Below, piece by piece: positions 1-9,822 of a DNA stretch of 61,049 bases. The stretch lies in the NCBI GenBank assembly GCA_018653315.1, contig JABIAL010000009.1, forward strand, positions 1 to 61,049, given 5' to 3'. A model generated the notes under the pieces. That model saw nothing but the letters and a program-made list of their open reading frames with translations, was not told the origin of the DNA and ran no database searches. Position numbers and translations under genes: made by a program. How positions within the stretch are numbered: position 1 is the stretch's first letter; each line of letters starts with the position of its first letter. Source of the DNA: a bacterium. Its GTDB lineage: Bacteria; Patescibacteriota; Patescibacteriia; UBA1558; GWA2-36-10.

Positions 1-3000
1 AACGTAAGTCTTTTACATCTGGATCAGGATCTATACTAAAGTCATAAGTAACCAATGTTTGTATTGGTACCATTCCTAGAATAGAATATCCTAAATAATC
101 TTGGTCATGCCATGCTATATGATTAGCATCCTCCTGCCTATCTTGATAAACGACATCATCAAATGGAACAATATTGGCTGGAAGTAATGGATCAGCCCAT
201 TTTGCACATTTTGTGATATTGTTAGATGCGGAATGTTCAACGCAACTATCCACAGCATCACAAATTACTTTATACGATGAAGATTTTTCATCAAATACAG
301 CAGTTGATGATTTACAAGCTAACCACTCAGAACATTGCCTGTCTTTTCTTACTTTAACCAAAACATTTGAATCTCCAGCAGGATCAACAACCGGACTAAC
401 TGGGCCATCAGTCACAATATTATCATTATAAGTACTACTAGCATTGTATTCTAATGTTACTTCTGTATGCGGTCCATTCCAATTATTAGTTTCATATAAT
501 AAAGTGCAGCCACTATTTTGATCAAATTGACCATTACAACTTGCTGTATCTATTTTATCGTTATTCTTATAATAATAAGACCTACAAGACTGAAGCCAAA
601 CTTCACGAGCATTTTCACATTCTGTTTGATTAATATATGTATCAGGTAAAACAGCACACTCTTCATCTTCTAGGGCTAAATCTATGTCACAACCCCTTGG
701 ATCTAAAGGATCTTTAAATTCTGTACATAAATTTGCCTCTTCTGGACAATTAGCAGCCCATAGATCTGCTGTTGGTAAAACAAGATCAGTCTCATCAAAC
801 GCTCCATCTACATCGCTACAGCCCATTGGTGGGTTATCATCTAAGGTTCCCGTCTTAAACCAACCATCATAGATAGTATTGGCAATATTAACGTTTTTTT
901 GATAAGTACAGGCCTTGGTGCCAGGATCCTTAAAATAATATAAACCTTTTGATGAATTATATGCTTGGCAGTAAAGATCATCTGAATCACATAAACTCTG
1001 ATCATAATTATCTGGATCGTTTATTTTATAAACAGTGCTATAAGACATAATAGCATTATTCGTTTGATCAACTTGTGGTAAGCCCAAGGCGCTACAACCC
1101 TTATAAGCAGCCGGACAATATTCTTCAACATTAGGCACTAAATATTCAACCTCATCTGCTGGAATAGTAAGTTTGGAATAATCACCTATATTAAATATTT
1201 CCGCAAAAGGATAACTTGAATTATGTGTATCAATTACGGCCCTACAACCAATAGACTGCTCTCGACAAAGACTAGAAAATGACTTCAATGTATAATCATT
1301 ACCATTAGTATCTATGTAAGCCTGACAGCCTAGATAAGCTCCTTCAAAGGGATCATCACAAGAAGCTGGTGTATTCCAAGATTCTTTAACTAAGCTTATA
1401 TCATTATTCACTTCTTTTAAGATAATATTATCCAAGAAAATGTCGCCAACTCCAACAAATTCTAAACGCAAAACCGCATCTTCAATAACGCCTATATCAA
1501 AAGCATCTGTTGAAGCTATTTGATAATGTCGCCAATCATTAGCACCTATTGGGCCTACACTATCAATAGGGTAATCAATAACCCCATCATTTAACTGCGC
1601 CGTGACGCTATTTAAATTACCAGTAGCCTTCATCCACCAAGACAAGGTAAATGCTTTATTATTTTGTAAATTAGCCAAAGGACGTTCAATGTTTGTACTA
1701 GCAGAAATCTTAATAGAGTGCCCATTATTAGCTAAGGACTCATTTGATAAATCAAGGGTTCCTTGCCATGGGCTATAGACTCCATTCTCAAAATTATCTA
1801 AAAATACTTGATGTAAATTATTATCTGTTTCACCAGCATACCAACGACAGCCATTATATTCAGCCTGGCAAGAATAACTCAAAGAAGGAATGGCTTGGTA
1901 TTCTTGGCCAGTTGTTGACCTACGATATGGATGACAATCATTAGAAGCGTAAATTATTTTATCCTGTAAACGAAAATGAGAAAAACCATCTATGTCAAAA
2001 AATTCTCGACAGTTTGGATTAAACACTGGATCATCCCAAACATCATTAGTCTCATCACCACAGGCGGCTACTTCAAACGACGGATCATTTAATTCAGAAA
2101 AAGCTACATCGGCACATGTGTTATTACCATCTGGATCAGTTGGATTAACATTAGTACAAGGCGCATTATCTAGCTGACTCTTTAAAGTTGTCCATGTTTT
2201 TAGCTGATAACCAGACACATCACTGCCCTCCCAAGTATAATAAGTAGCAGTATCCGGATTATCCATCTGAACACATTGTCGTAAATAACTATAATATTCT
2301 TTAGCTTCACCACCATCGGCTAATTCATCAAGATTAGTAAATTCTTCACAACCAATTTGGGTGCTAGGACAACTTAAAGCTGTCTCAGGTATAAAATTAT
2401 AATATTCTGTTAAATTATTACCCTCTATCAAATCAAAATCATTGGGACTTTGCGCAAAGCTACTGTAGCCAACACATTCTATTGGACACAAATCATCAGC
2501 ACTAATAATAGCTGGTACCATTGGATCATTGTTTACTGGTGTATAGCCCTGACAATCAACTTCTTCGGCCCAACACATATTACGTTCTTCACCCATAAAA
2601 ATACGTCCTCCTTGGCCATAATCAGAATAATATGATGCATTAGTTTTAGAGCTTGTTATTTCTTCTACCTGTAAAGCATCAATAATTAACTGTCCGTCAA
2701 CACCAGCAATAGATACCTGTACAGATGAATCAATTACATCATCAGCAAAAGTATATGCAATCTGATAACGATCCCATTCAGTGCTAACATCAAGATCATG
2801 CGTGTAAGTATCCCCAAAAGCCGACATGCTTAAGGTGATTGGCTCATCTGCTGAAACTTTTCCATAAAAACTAAACATAAAAGCCCTGTTTTTTAAAGGC
2901 ACGCCAGTTTCAATGGATGCGCTAATAGCTTGATCAAATAACAAGGCCGTTGAACCACGATAAGCATCACTAACTATTTGATTAATACCAATGCCACCTA

Positions 3001-5080
3001 AATTCCAACCAAAAATTGCTGACTCATCCGCACCATCATCAACATTACCAGCAAAATATTCAAAATTACCATTAGCTAATAAATTTAGCCCCCGGTTAGC
3101 AGCCATCACAATATACTCATGGCAATCTTTCCTATCTGAAGGACAATCACTAGCTCGATCGTTTAAAAACAAATCAATGTCGTTTGAAGCTGATGCAATA
3201 GTCATATCTTCTTCTAAGACCCAATTATTATTAGCATCTTTTTCTTGTGAATAACGCTGACAGCCAGTGTCATCTGCGGTACAATATTCTAAACTATCTT
3301 CTAAATAAGAAGCTGTGTCGCCAGATCCAGCAAAAGTCAAGCAACCTGAATAAAGCTCGTCATCAGCACACATGTCTGCATCTAAACGCCAAACATTTTC
3401 TGAACGAGTACAATAACCGTATTGTCCAGTTAAACAATTACCTTCATCGTCCTCTCGTAAACAAGTCTGCACATCAGCACAATACTCTTGTCTAGTATCA
3501 CTTTCACTTGATTCTAAAACTTGGGAATACACCAAGGCATTACAACGAGCTGGTGGATTTTTTAATACCCAGTTTGGATCTACTAAATGTAAATACGGAT
3601 TATTGGCGGTATAAGGACAATCACCATCGTCCTCAAAACAGGCAATTAATTCACCTAATGTTACAGCTGTGCCTGCTGGGCTTTTTTTAGCAGCTAATTC
3701 CCAGCCAATAGGAACGATACCTGCTTTTCTTAGTTTAACTAAATTATGATGACAAAAACCATCACGGTAACATTTATCTGAATTATTACTAGTATGACTA
3801 GGGCCAATAAACGCTGTTTTTGGATCTAATAAACCTTCATCTATTAATTGAGTAACAGTTTTTTTCTGAGCTAATACTTGTAGAAATTCAGATGACATCA
3901 CACAATTGTCTGGATGACGATAATCTTCTTGATCAGGACAGATAACAAAATTTTCTAGTAGATTAAAATTTTCTACCTCCTGAAAATTTACAGTTAATAA
4001 ATCACGATAAACATCTGCCCCTCTAACGGGTCTAGTAAGATCTACTTCACCTTGAAGTTGAGCTAATAAACCATCACGAAAACCATCATCATCACTGCTA
4101 CTTTTTTGATTAATACCGGCTAATTGCTCATTACCCCATTTTAAGGCATGCTTTAACATCTTAGAAGACAAGGTGTTCATAAATAAATTGCCAGCATCTT
4201 TTAAAATATCTCCTAATTTTACCTTATCTTCTTTTGATATTCTAGCTTTTTCTAATGCCTCGGCATTCATCATCTGATCCCACATCTCACCCTTAATATG
4301 CATCACTTCCATACAATGTGTCTTAACCCGACCAGCGATAGGTGAGCTAACATCTTTAAAGCCTCGACATTCAACAAGATTCATTTCTTCTATCCTAGCA
4401 TTTTCTGCTTCTTTTTTTGCTAGCTCCTCATATAATCTCCCAGCAACACCTAAGTCACTATTACTAGTATCAAATGAAGACCAGAAATCAGTCCAGTCCT
4501 TGTCACTAGCCCGTTTACCGTCTAATTTTAATTTAATAAAATCATTCCAATCACCTCCTGCAACCTTACTATTAAATTCTTTCCATTTTTTTTCTACATC
4601 ACGCCAATTACATTTTGGTCCTGGAGGTGCTTTACTGTCTATTAAGCCCAAGGTTAGGGTTAATTTAACTTCAATAGAAGGATCACACAAATTAAAACCC
4701 AAATCCTTGAAGGCAGTCTCAGATAAGGTACCTATAAATTCCCCAATAGCCGCTTCCTTAGCATCAGTAAATGAATCTTTGATGGAGTCCATTCTAAATA
4801 GAGCTTTTTTGCCTGAGGCGCCCTCGGCAATACCACTAGCGATACTATAAGCCAATTTATTAGCATACATCCGAAAAGTATTATTAATTACTGTGCTACC
4901 TATACGTTTCTGTAATACATTATAAATAGTCTCAACCTTTTCCCATACCCATTTACCAGCATTTACCGCTACTACTCCTGGAGAAAAAGCCTGCACTGGT
5001 TTTGGCGTTGCTAAAACTAATGGTCCGACCACCATTATAGCTAATAATAAGCTTAAGATTACTTTTTTGTGATTCTTCAT
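1..5080 (-). CDS. giant secreted cysteine-rich surface protein (N-terminus in window, C-terminus runs off the left edge; >1690 aa)
   Basis: ATG at 5080 (minus) is followed by a signal-peptide-like MKNHKKVILSLLLAIMVVGPLVLATPKPVQA. I translated the first ~45 codons carefully and skimmed the rest of the frame. The last ~20 codons (QTLVTYDFSIDPDPDVKDLR, pos 61-2) lie in the same frame. The ORF track lists no closed minus-strand ORF in 1-5129, which fits one frame that never closes inside the window. Confidence 0.7.
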   Translation of the reverse strand, partial: MKNHKKVILSLLLAIMVVGPLVLATPKPVQAFSPGVVAVNAGKWVWEKVETIYNVLQKRIGSTVINNTFRMYANKLAYSIASGIAEGASGKKALFRMDSIKDSFTDAKEAAIGEFIGTLSETAFKDLGFNLCDPSIEVKLTLTLGLIDSKAPPGPKCNWRDVEKKWKEFNSKVAGGDWNDFIKLKLDGKRASDKDWTDFWSSFDTSNSDLGVAGRLYEELAKKEAENARIEEMNLVECRGFKDVSSPIAGRVKTHCMEVMHIKGEMWDQMMNAEALEKARISKEDKVKLGDILKDAGNLFMNTLSSKMLKHALKWGNEQLAGINQKSSSDDDGFRDGLLAQLQGEVDLTRPVRGADVYRDLLTVNFQEVENFNLLENFVICPDQEDYRHPDNCVMSSEFLQVLAQKKTVTQLIDEGLLDPKTAFIGPSHTSNNSDKCYRDGFCHHNLVKLRKAGIVPIGWELAAKKSPAGTAVTLGELIACFEDDGDCPYTANNPYLHLVDPNWVLKNPPARCNALVYSQVLESSESDTRQEYCADVQTCLREDDEGNCLTGQYGYCTRSENVWRLDADMCADDELYSGCLTFAGSGDTASYLEDSLEYCTADDTGCQRYSQEKDANNNWVLEEDMTIASASNDIDLFLNDRASDCPSDRKDCHEYIVMAANRGLNLLANGNFEYFAGNVDDGADESAIFGWNLGGIGINQIVSDAYRGSTALLFDQAISASIETGVPLKNRAFMFSFYGKVSADEPITLSMSAFGDTYTHDLDVSTEWDRYQIAYTFADDVIDSSVQVSIAGVDGQLIIDALQVEEITSSKTNASYYSDYGQGGRIFMGEERNMCWAEEVDCQGYTPVNNDPMVPAIISADDLCPIECVGYSSFAQSPNDFDLIEGNNLTEYYNFIPETALSCPSTQIGCEEFTNLDELADGGEAKEYYSYLRQCVQMDNPDTATYYTWEGSDVSGYQLKTWTTLKSQLDNAPCTNVNPTDPDGNNTCADVAFSELNDPSFEVAACGDETNDVWDDPVFNPNCREFFDIDGFSHFRLQDKIIYASNDCHPYRRSTTGQEYQAIPSLSYSCQAEYNGCRWYAGETDNNLHQVFLDNFENGVYSPWQGTLDLSNESLANNGHSIKISASTNIERPLANLQNNKAFTLSWWMKATGNLNSVTAQLNDGVIDYPIDSVGPIGANDWRHYQIASTDAFDIGVIEDAVLRLEFVGVGDIFLDNIILKEVNNDISLVKESWNTPASCDDPFEGAYLGCQAYIDTNGNDYTLKSFSSLCREQSIGCRAVIDTHNSSYPFAEIFNIGDYSKLTIPADEVEYLVPNVEEYCPAAYKGCSALGLPQVDQTNNAIMSYSTVYKINDPDNYDQSLCDSDDLYCQAYNSSKGLYYFKDPGTKACTYQKNVNIANTIYDGWFKTGTLDDNPPMGCSDVDGAFDETDLVLPTADLWAANCPEEANLCTEFKDPLDPRGCDIDLALEDEECAVLPDTYINQTECENAREVWLQSCRSYYYKNNDKIDTASCNGQFDQNSGCTLLYETNNWNGPHTEVTLEYNASSTYNDNIVTDGPVSPVVDPAGDSNVLVKVRKDRQCSEWLACKSSTAVFDEKSSSYKVICDAVDSCVEHSASNNITKCAKWADPLLPANIVPFDDVVYQDRQEDANHIAWHDQDYLGYSILGMVPIQTLVTYDFSIDPDPDVKDLR

Positions 5081-5129
5081 CCTCTTAGACATTATCCATT
5101 TAATAAAAATAAAATTATATTTTAAACAA

Positions 5130-5930
5130 TTACAGCTCGATCGGAATCAAACTGTCTCTAATTTCTAATAATTCTTCCTCGCTTAAAGCATTAACATCAT
5201 CTACGTCCACACCTGGTTGAGCTAATAAAAAGTCTCTTACTTTTTCTGCTGTGACTTCACTATTTTCATAAGCCTGACCTAATTCACTGTCATTCATGAT
5301 TTCAAAAATAAACAACAAATTATCGTCATTCAAAGAATCCACCTCTTCTTGGGTCATACCATTTTCTACCAAAAATTGCCTAAATTCTAACAATGCTGCT
5401 TCTTGAATTGTCATATTCGGGTCCAAAGCTACCTCTTCTACTATTTTAGCAATTTCAGTCTGTGGCGTAATTAAATGCAATAAATTACAATTTTGCCCAG
5501 CCGGACACAATGGATCGTTACCAGTGGTGACCTCTTCTGAATCTGTGTAGCCATCGCTATCTGTATCAACCAAAAACATGCTAGTACGGTACTGATAAAT
5601 TTCTTGATAATCAGTCAAACCGTCTTGATCTATATCGCTGTTTTTTAATTCTTCAATTGTTTTAGCACTATCTTCATTGCCAAGCAGAATTTGTTCTTGT
5701 ACATAATCTGGAATATCTAAAGCTAAAGATTTTTCTAAAACTTGACTCTTAATATACCAAATTCCAACAAAAACAATCCCTACAATCAAAATCAAAAAAG
5801 GCCAAAATATTTTATTCTTCAAAATACTTTGCCTCTTTATTGTGCCTAAATTAGCTTCCTGATTATCAGGAAAATTAGCCTTAAAATTTTGACTTGCTTG
5901 ATCTTTTATTTTGTATGGATTTTTAGCCAT
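5130..5930 (-). CDS. single-pass membrane protein with thrombospondin-type-3-like acidic (Ca-binding type) repeats
   Basis: 266-aa ORF with TM segment IFWPFLILIVGIVFVGIWYI. Acidic DxDxDG-type motifs DIDQDGLTDYQE and DTDSDGYTDSEEVTTGNDPLCP. Confidence 0.7.
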   Translation of the reverse strand: MAKNPYKIKDQASQNFKANFPDNQEANLGTIKRQSILKNKIFWPFLILIVGIVFVGIWYIKSQVLEKSLALDIPDYVQEQILLGNEDSAKTIEELKNSDIDQDGLTDYQEIYQYRTSMFLVDTDSDGYTDSEEVTTGNDPLCPAGQNCNLLHLITPQTEIAKIVEEVALDPNMTIQEAALLEFRQFLVENGMTQEEVDSLNDDNLLFIFEIMNDSELGQAYENSEVTAEKVRDFLLAQPGVDVDDVNALSEEELLEIRDSLIPIEL

Positions 5931-6037
5931 GTGATATAGAATTATTTGTATTTATTATAACATAAATTTACAAAAAATGAAAAACAATCCGCTCTGGACA
6001 AAAAAGAATATCGGATTGTTCTAAATGATTATTATTG

Positions 6038-6874
6038 TTAAATTAAATTTTGCGTTAACTCTATCCAATTCTGTACTGATAAGTCCTCTGCTCTAATATT
6101 TTTATCTAACTTAATCTTATCAAAAATAGCGACCAGTTGTTCTTTAACTATACTTTTATCGCTTAATAAATTATTGATTAATTTTTTACGCTTAGCAGCA
6201 AAGCCATGATGCACTAATTGCCAAGCCCTTGATTCATCTACTTGATATGGCCAATCTTTAATTTGATCAATATATAAAATTGCTGAATTCACCTTTGGTA
6301 TTGGATAAAAATTATCTTTAGCCACAAAATCAATTAACTGTGCTCGAGCATAAAAAGCCACCGCCAATGACAATAAGCTATGCTTATTATTTTTAGTTAC
6401 TATTCTTTCGGCTACTTCATTTTGAATCAAAAGCGTCATTGATTGTGGTTTACGTTTAGCAGAAACAAACTTATTAATTAACTTACTAGTTAAATAATAA
6501 GGGATATTAGCCACCACTTTATACTCTTCAGTTTGATATTTAAATAATGTATTTTGCCACTGCTGATCAGTCAAAGACAGAATATCCTGCCATTCAATCT
6601 GTAAATTTTTGTTAATATTTTCCAATTTTCTTAACAATTTAGCAAAATTCTTATCCACCTCAAAACTAACTACCTGATCAACTTTTTTGACTAATTCTTG
6701 AGTCAAAGCACCGAGCCCTGGTCCAACCTCTAAAACTAGCTCATCTTCTTCTAATTTAGCAGTATCAATAATTTTATTCAAAACTTGATCAGATACCAAA
6801 AAATTTTGGCCCCTAACTTTATTAGGAGTCAATTTATATTGATTTAATAAAAATTTTAATTGAGCTAAATCCAT
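6038..6874 (-). CDS. rsmA: 16S rRNA (adenine1518/1519-N6)-dimethyltransferase
   Basis: 278 aa. N-terminal KVRGQNFL motif, SAM-binding LEVGPGLGALT, typical KsgA length. Confidence 0.9.
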   Translation of the reverse strand: MDLAQLKFLLNQYKLTPNKVRGQNFLVSDQVLNKIIDTAKLEEDELVLEVGPGLGALTQELVKKVDQVVSFEVDKNFAKLLRKLENINKNLQIEWQDILSLTDQQWQNTLFKYQTEEYKVVANIPYYLTSKLINKFVSAKRKPQSMTLLIQNEVAERIVTKNNKHSLLSLAVAFYARAQLIDFVAKDNFYPIPKVNSAILYIDQIKDWPYQVDESRAWQLVHHGFAAKRKKLINNLLSDKSIVKEQLVAIFDKIKLDKNIRAEDLSVQNWIELTQNLI

Positions 6875-6880
6875 AAATTT

Positions 6881-8044
6881 TTACAAAAGCATATACAATA
6901 AAGACATACAACCCGCTAAAATAAAAGTCAATTTAAAAGCTATTATTTCATCAGCCACAAAAAATAAGGCGGCATAAATGATTATAATAGCTATTAACTT
7001 ACCAATCACTAGACTCATTTCAAAAAATACTATTGTCTGCATGATTTTTTTACTTTTCGCTCTTTCATAAGTGATGGCCGTCAAAGGTACGACAATAACA
7101 TTTTTTGCTAAACGAGACATAGTGTCAACGAAAAATACCCCAAACTGATTAAAGACAAAAAGCCTCATAAACCAAGCAAAGGAATAAAAAGAACTGCCCA
7201 AAGCTAAAATAGATCGTTTATTTTTGGAATCAACTAATTTGCCTATATACATAGTAACCAACATGGTAACTAAAGTTGCTAGCGATACTAATATGCTAAG
7301 ATTAAATAAATCTGTAATAATTATGGAGATAAAAATTGGCCAAATAACCAATACTACTAACTCTTCACCAAAACCAAAATAGGCCAATAATGCTTTTCTG
7401 TTTTTTTTATCAAACATCATCTTAAAAGCACCCCAATAACTAAAACTACCGGGTTTAAAATTTTCTCTGGTAATTAAAGTCGGAATATTAGATGCTAAAA
7501 ATATTAATGAAGCAATAAAAAACAAAGCTCCATAACCCCAAGTAGTAATAATAAAACCAGCTATTACAGTACCAACTATATAAACCAAAGATATAGCGAT
7601 GTTAAAACTACTAATTTCTCTCCCCTCCTCTTGATCATCAGAAAATCTAGCAAAATCTGCATAATAAGCTGGCCAATAAAACATTTTTTGCAAAGCAAAA
7701 ATAATTGGAGCGACAAAAAATAACCATGGATAAATCGCTATAAAAAATAATGTGATATAAAAGAGCGCATAAAATACACTGCCAACAAATAAACCAAGCT
7801 CATAGCCCTTACTTCTAGAAAACTTACCGCCTAATGGCATTAAAACTAAATACGCAACATACACTATCAAATAAAACAACATTATTTGTTGTAGTGAATA
7901 GCCAATCTGATACAAATAAATCGGCTCAAATATTATTACTAAAGCTAAAGCTAAGTTAAGCAAAATAGTTGCCCCAAATAACTCTCGTACCTGTCGCTTC
8001 ATGTGGTGAGGAAAAAAGCTGGATAATAATTTTTTTAATATCAT
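6881..8044 (-). CDS. MFS-type transporter (multi-pass membrane protein)
   Basis: 387 aa and hydrophobic throughout, with about 12 predicted helices. Paralogous in layout to 8643..9800. Start overlaps the tsaC stop as ATGA. Confidence 0.7.
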   Translation of the reverse strand: MILKKLLSSFFPHHMKRQVRELFGATILLNLALALVIIFEPIYLYQIGYSLQQIMLFYLIVYVAYLVLMPLGGKFSRSKGYELGLFVGSVFYALFYITLFFIAIYPWLFFVAPIIFALQKMFYWPAYYADFARFSDDQEEGREISSFNIAISLVYIVGTVIAGFIITTWGYGALFFIASLIFLASNIPTLITRENFKPGSFSYWGAFKMMFDKKNRKALLAYFGFGEELVVLVIWPIFISIIITDLFNLSILVSLATLVTMLVTMYIGKLVDSKNKRSILALGSSFYSFAWFMRLFVFNQFGVFFVDTMSRLAKNVIVVPLTAITYERAKSKKIMQTIVFFEMSLVIGKLIAIIIIYAALFFVADEIIAFKLTFILAGCMSLLYMLL

Positions 8045-8643
8045 ATTTTTAAATCTCCTTGTCTTAAAATTTCTAAATGATTATTTTCGTCTATCTTAAT
8101 AATAGTAGATGGTTTGTTTATAGGCAAATTGCCAAAATTAATAAATAAGTCTGGCTTAAATTCCGCATATTTAAACTGCTCTCTTACATCTTTAACCGTA
8201 TAGCAATTATCAGAGCCAGCTATATTAGCCGAAGTAGAAATGATAGCAGCTCCAAAATTTCTTAATAACTCTGTCACAAAAGGATGACTGGAAACACGTA
8301 AGGCTAAATAATCATCACAAACACTAGCCTGACAATAACGATAAGGCAACACCAAAGTGAGTGGTCCTGGCCAATGCTCATTAGCTAGACCTAGAGCTTG
8401 TTGTGGAAACTCAACCAAGGTCGTAGCCGTCATTAAATCTGGCACAATAACTGGTAATGCCTTCTTGTCATCTCGTTTTTTTATCTTATAAATTTTTTCC
8501 GTCGCTTCCTTGTCCAAAAAATTAGCTCCCAAGCCATAGGATGTTTCTGTAGGATAAATTATAACCCCACCATTATTTAAAACATCAACAGCTTCTCGTA
8601 AAACTGCTAAATGATTTTTCTGATTTAATTCTATTTCTCTCAT
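8041..8643 (-). CDS. tsaC: L-threonylcarbamoyladenylate synthase (YrdC/Sua5 domain only)
   Basis: 200 aa with YrdC-fold signature IIYPTETSYGLGAN and SAN..G region STSANIAGS. TGA stop. Confidence 0.85.
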   Translation of the reverse strand: MREIELNQKNHLAVLREAVDVLNNGGVIIYPTETSYGLGANFLDKEATEKIYKIKKRDDKKALPVIVPDLMTATTLVEFPQQALGLANEHWPGPLTLVLPYRYCQASVCDDYLALRVSSHPFVTELLRNFGAAIISTSANIAGSDNCYTVKDVREQFKYAEFKPDLFINFGNLPINKPSTIIKIDENNHLEILRQGDLKI

Positions 8644-9800
8644 TAACGTAATAAATTTACAAATAAAACTGCTACCCCAGCGACAACAAAGCTAGCCTGC
8701 ATTGGTAAAAATAATAATAATATAATTAAACCAGCTAAGCCAATAACCCTGCCCATATTAATGGATATTTCTTTAATTACTGTATATTCATCTATATAGT
8801 GACCTCTGTCTGCTGCTTTTTCATAAACTAAGGTATCCAAAGAGGTTCTCAGGATAATTAAAGCAAAAGCATGATAAGTAGAAACCAAAAATACATGCAA
8901 ACCAGAAACAACCAGCGTCTTCAAAAACCATGCCGTAGCATTTAAGGCTACTCCCACTCTTACCAATTTATATTTCTGCCAACGATCCAATAGATTACCA
9001 ATAAACAAGCGTAAAACAATACCCACTAAGATAACCCCCGATGTTAACAAGCCCATGACTTGATACTGTTCATCTAAAATAGTAAAAATGAATAATGGCC
9101 AGAAAACACTATTGATTATATTAACCAAGCCATCAGACATATAAGCAAAAACCATGCGCCGATTAAAAGGATGCAAAAAATATTTCCAAGTCTCTAAAAA
9201 GCTCCAAGAAAATTCTTCTTTACTTGGCGGTAAAAACCACAGTGGGACAATGGATATTATGCATAATACTCCTGCTAAAATAGCTATGACCGCAAAATCC
9301 CATCTTTCTAAAATGAACCCTGCCAACAAAGGAGCAGCCATGCTTAATAGAGCAGCTGCTGAGAATATAACACTCAATTGTTTGCCACGTGTTTTCTTAT
9401 CGGATAATTTAGCACTTTCAGTATGGAATGGTACCCAGAATAAATTACGAATAATAATAGTAGACACTAAAGCTATCGCTGTGTATAAAGCCGGATTGCT
9501 AGGGAAAAAATAAAAAGCAGCAAAATATGGAATACGGAAAAAAACAGACAATATTAAACTAGCTCTGATGCCTATTTTAGTCATCAACTTAGCGCCCATT
9601 TGCATCGTGAGAGCATAACCCAAAGATCCAATTATGAAATATAAGACTACTAAATTTATATCCTTATATTGCTGATACAAAAAAATTGGGAAAAAAATAC
9701 CAAAAATTTTTCCACCAAATTCTAAAAGTAGCTTTCCTGAATATAAGCTAATAAGCCCTTTAGAAAAATGAATTTTCTTAAATTGTCCTAACAATTGCAT
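8643..9800 (-). CDS. MFS-type transporter (paralogue of 6881..8044)
   Basis: 385 aa multi-pass hydrophobic protein with the same architecture as the gene on the other side of tsaC. Confidence 0.7.
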   Translation of the reverse strand: MQLLGQFKKIHFSKGLISLYSGKLLLEFGGKIFGIFFPIFLYQQYKDINLVVLYFIIGSLGYALTMQMGAKLMTKIGIRASLILSVFFRIPYFAAFYFFPSNPALYTAIALVSTIIIRNLFWVPFHTESAKLSDKKTRGKQLSVIFSAAALLSMAAPLLAGFILERWDFAVIAILAGVLCIISIVPLWFLPPSKEEFSWSFLETWKYFLHPFNRRMVFAYMSDGLVNIINSVFWPLFIFTILDEQYQVMGLLTSGVILVGIVLRLFIGNLLDRWQKYKLVRVGVALNATAWFLKTLVVSGLHVFLVSTYHAFALIILRTSLDTLVYEKAADRGHYIDEYTVIKEISINMGRVIGLAGLIILLLFLPMQASFVVAGVAVLFVNLLR

Positions 9801-9822
9801 TTATTTTTGTTTTTGTCATCAA

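Noticed and set aside
174-4850. Eleven 60-116-aa plus-strand ORFs in the ORF track
   Set aside because: All lie antisense to the single open minus-strand frame of the giant secreted protein. They have low-complexity products and no SD or promoter context, so they are shadow ORFs.
9154-9513. 119-aa plus-strand ORF, and similar antisense ORFs (10073..10276, 11803..11991, 11940..12128, 18697..19047, 21855..22061, 23874..24074, 26019..26207, 27621..27890, 32046..32342, 32775..33065, 33534..33770, 37696..37881, 38918..39250, 41599..41784, 46165..46401, 46964..47152, 49445..49636, 51246..51545, 53054..53455, 53159..53425, 53662..53862, 56572..56808, 57037..57258, 57260..57526, 59608..59844)
   Set aside because: Each is embedded in, or antisense to, a longer ORF with clear family motifs. 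I see no independent support for any of them.
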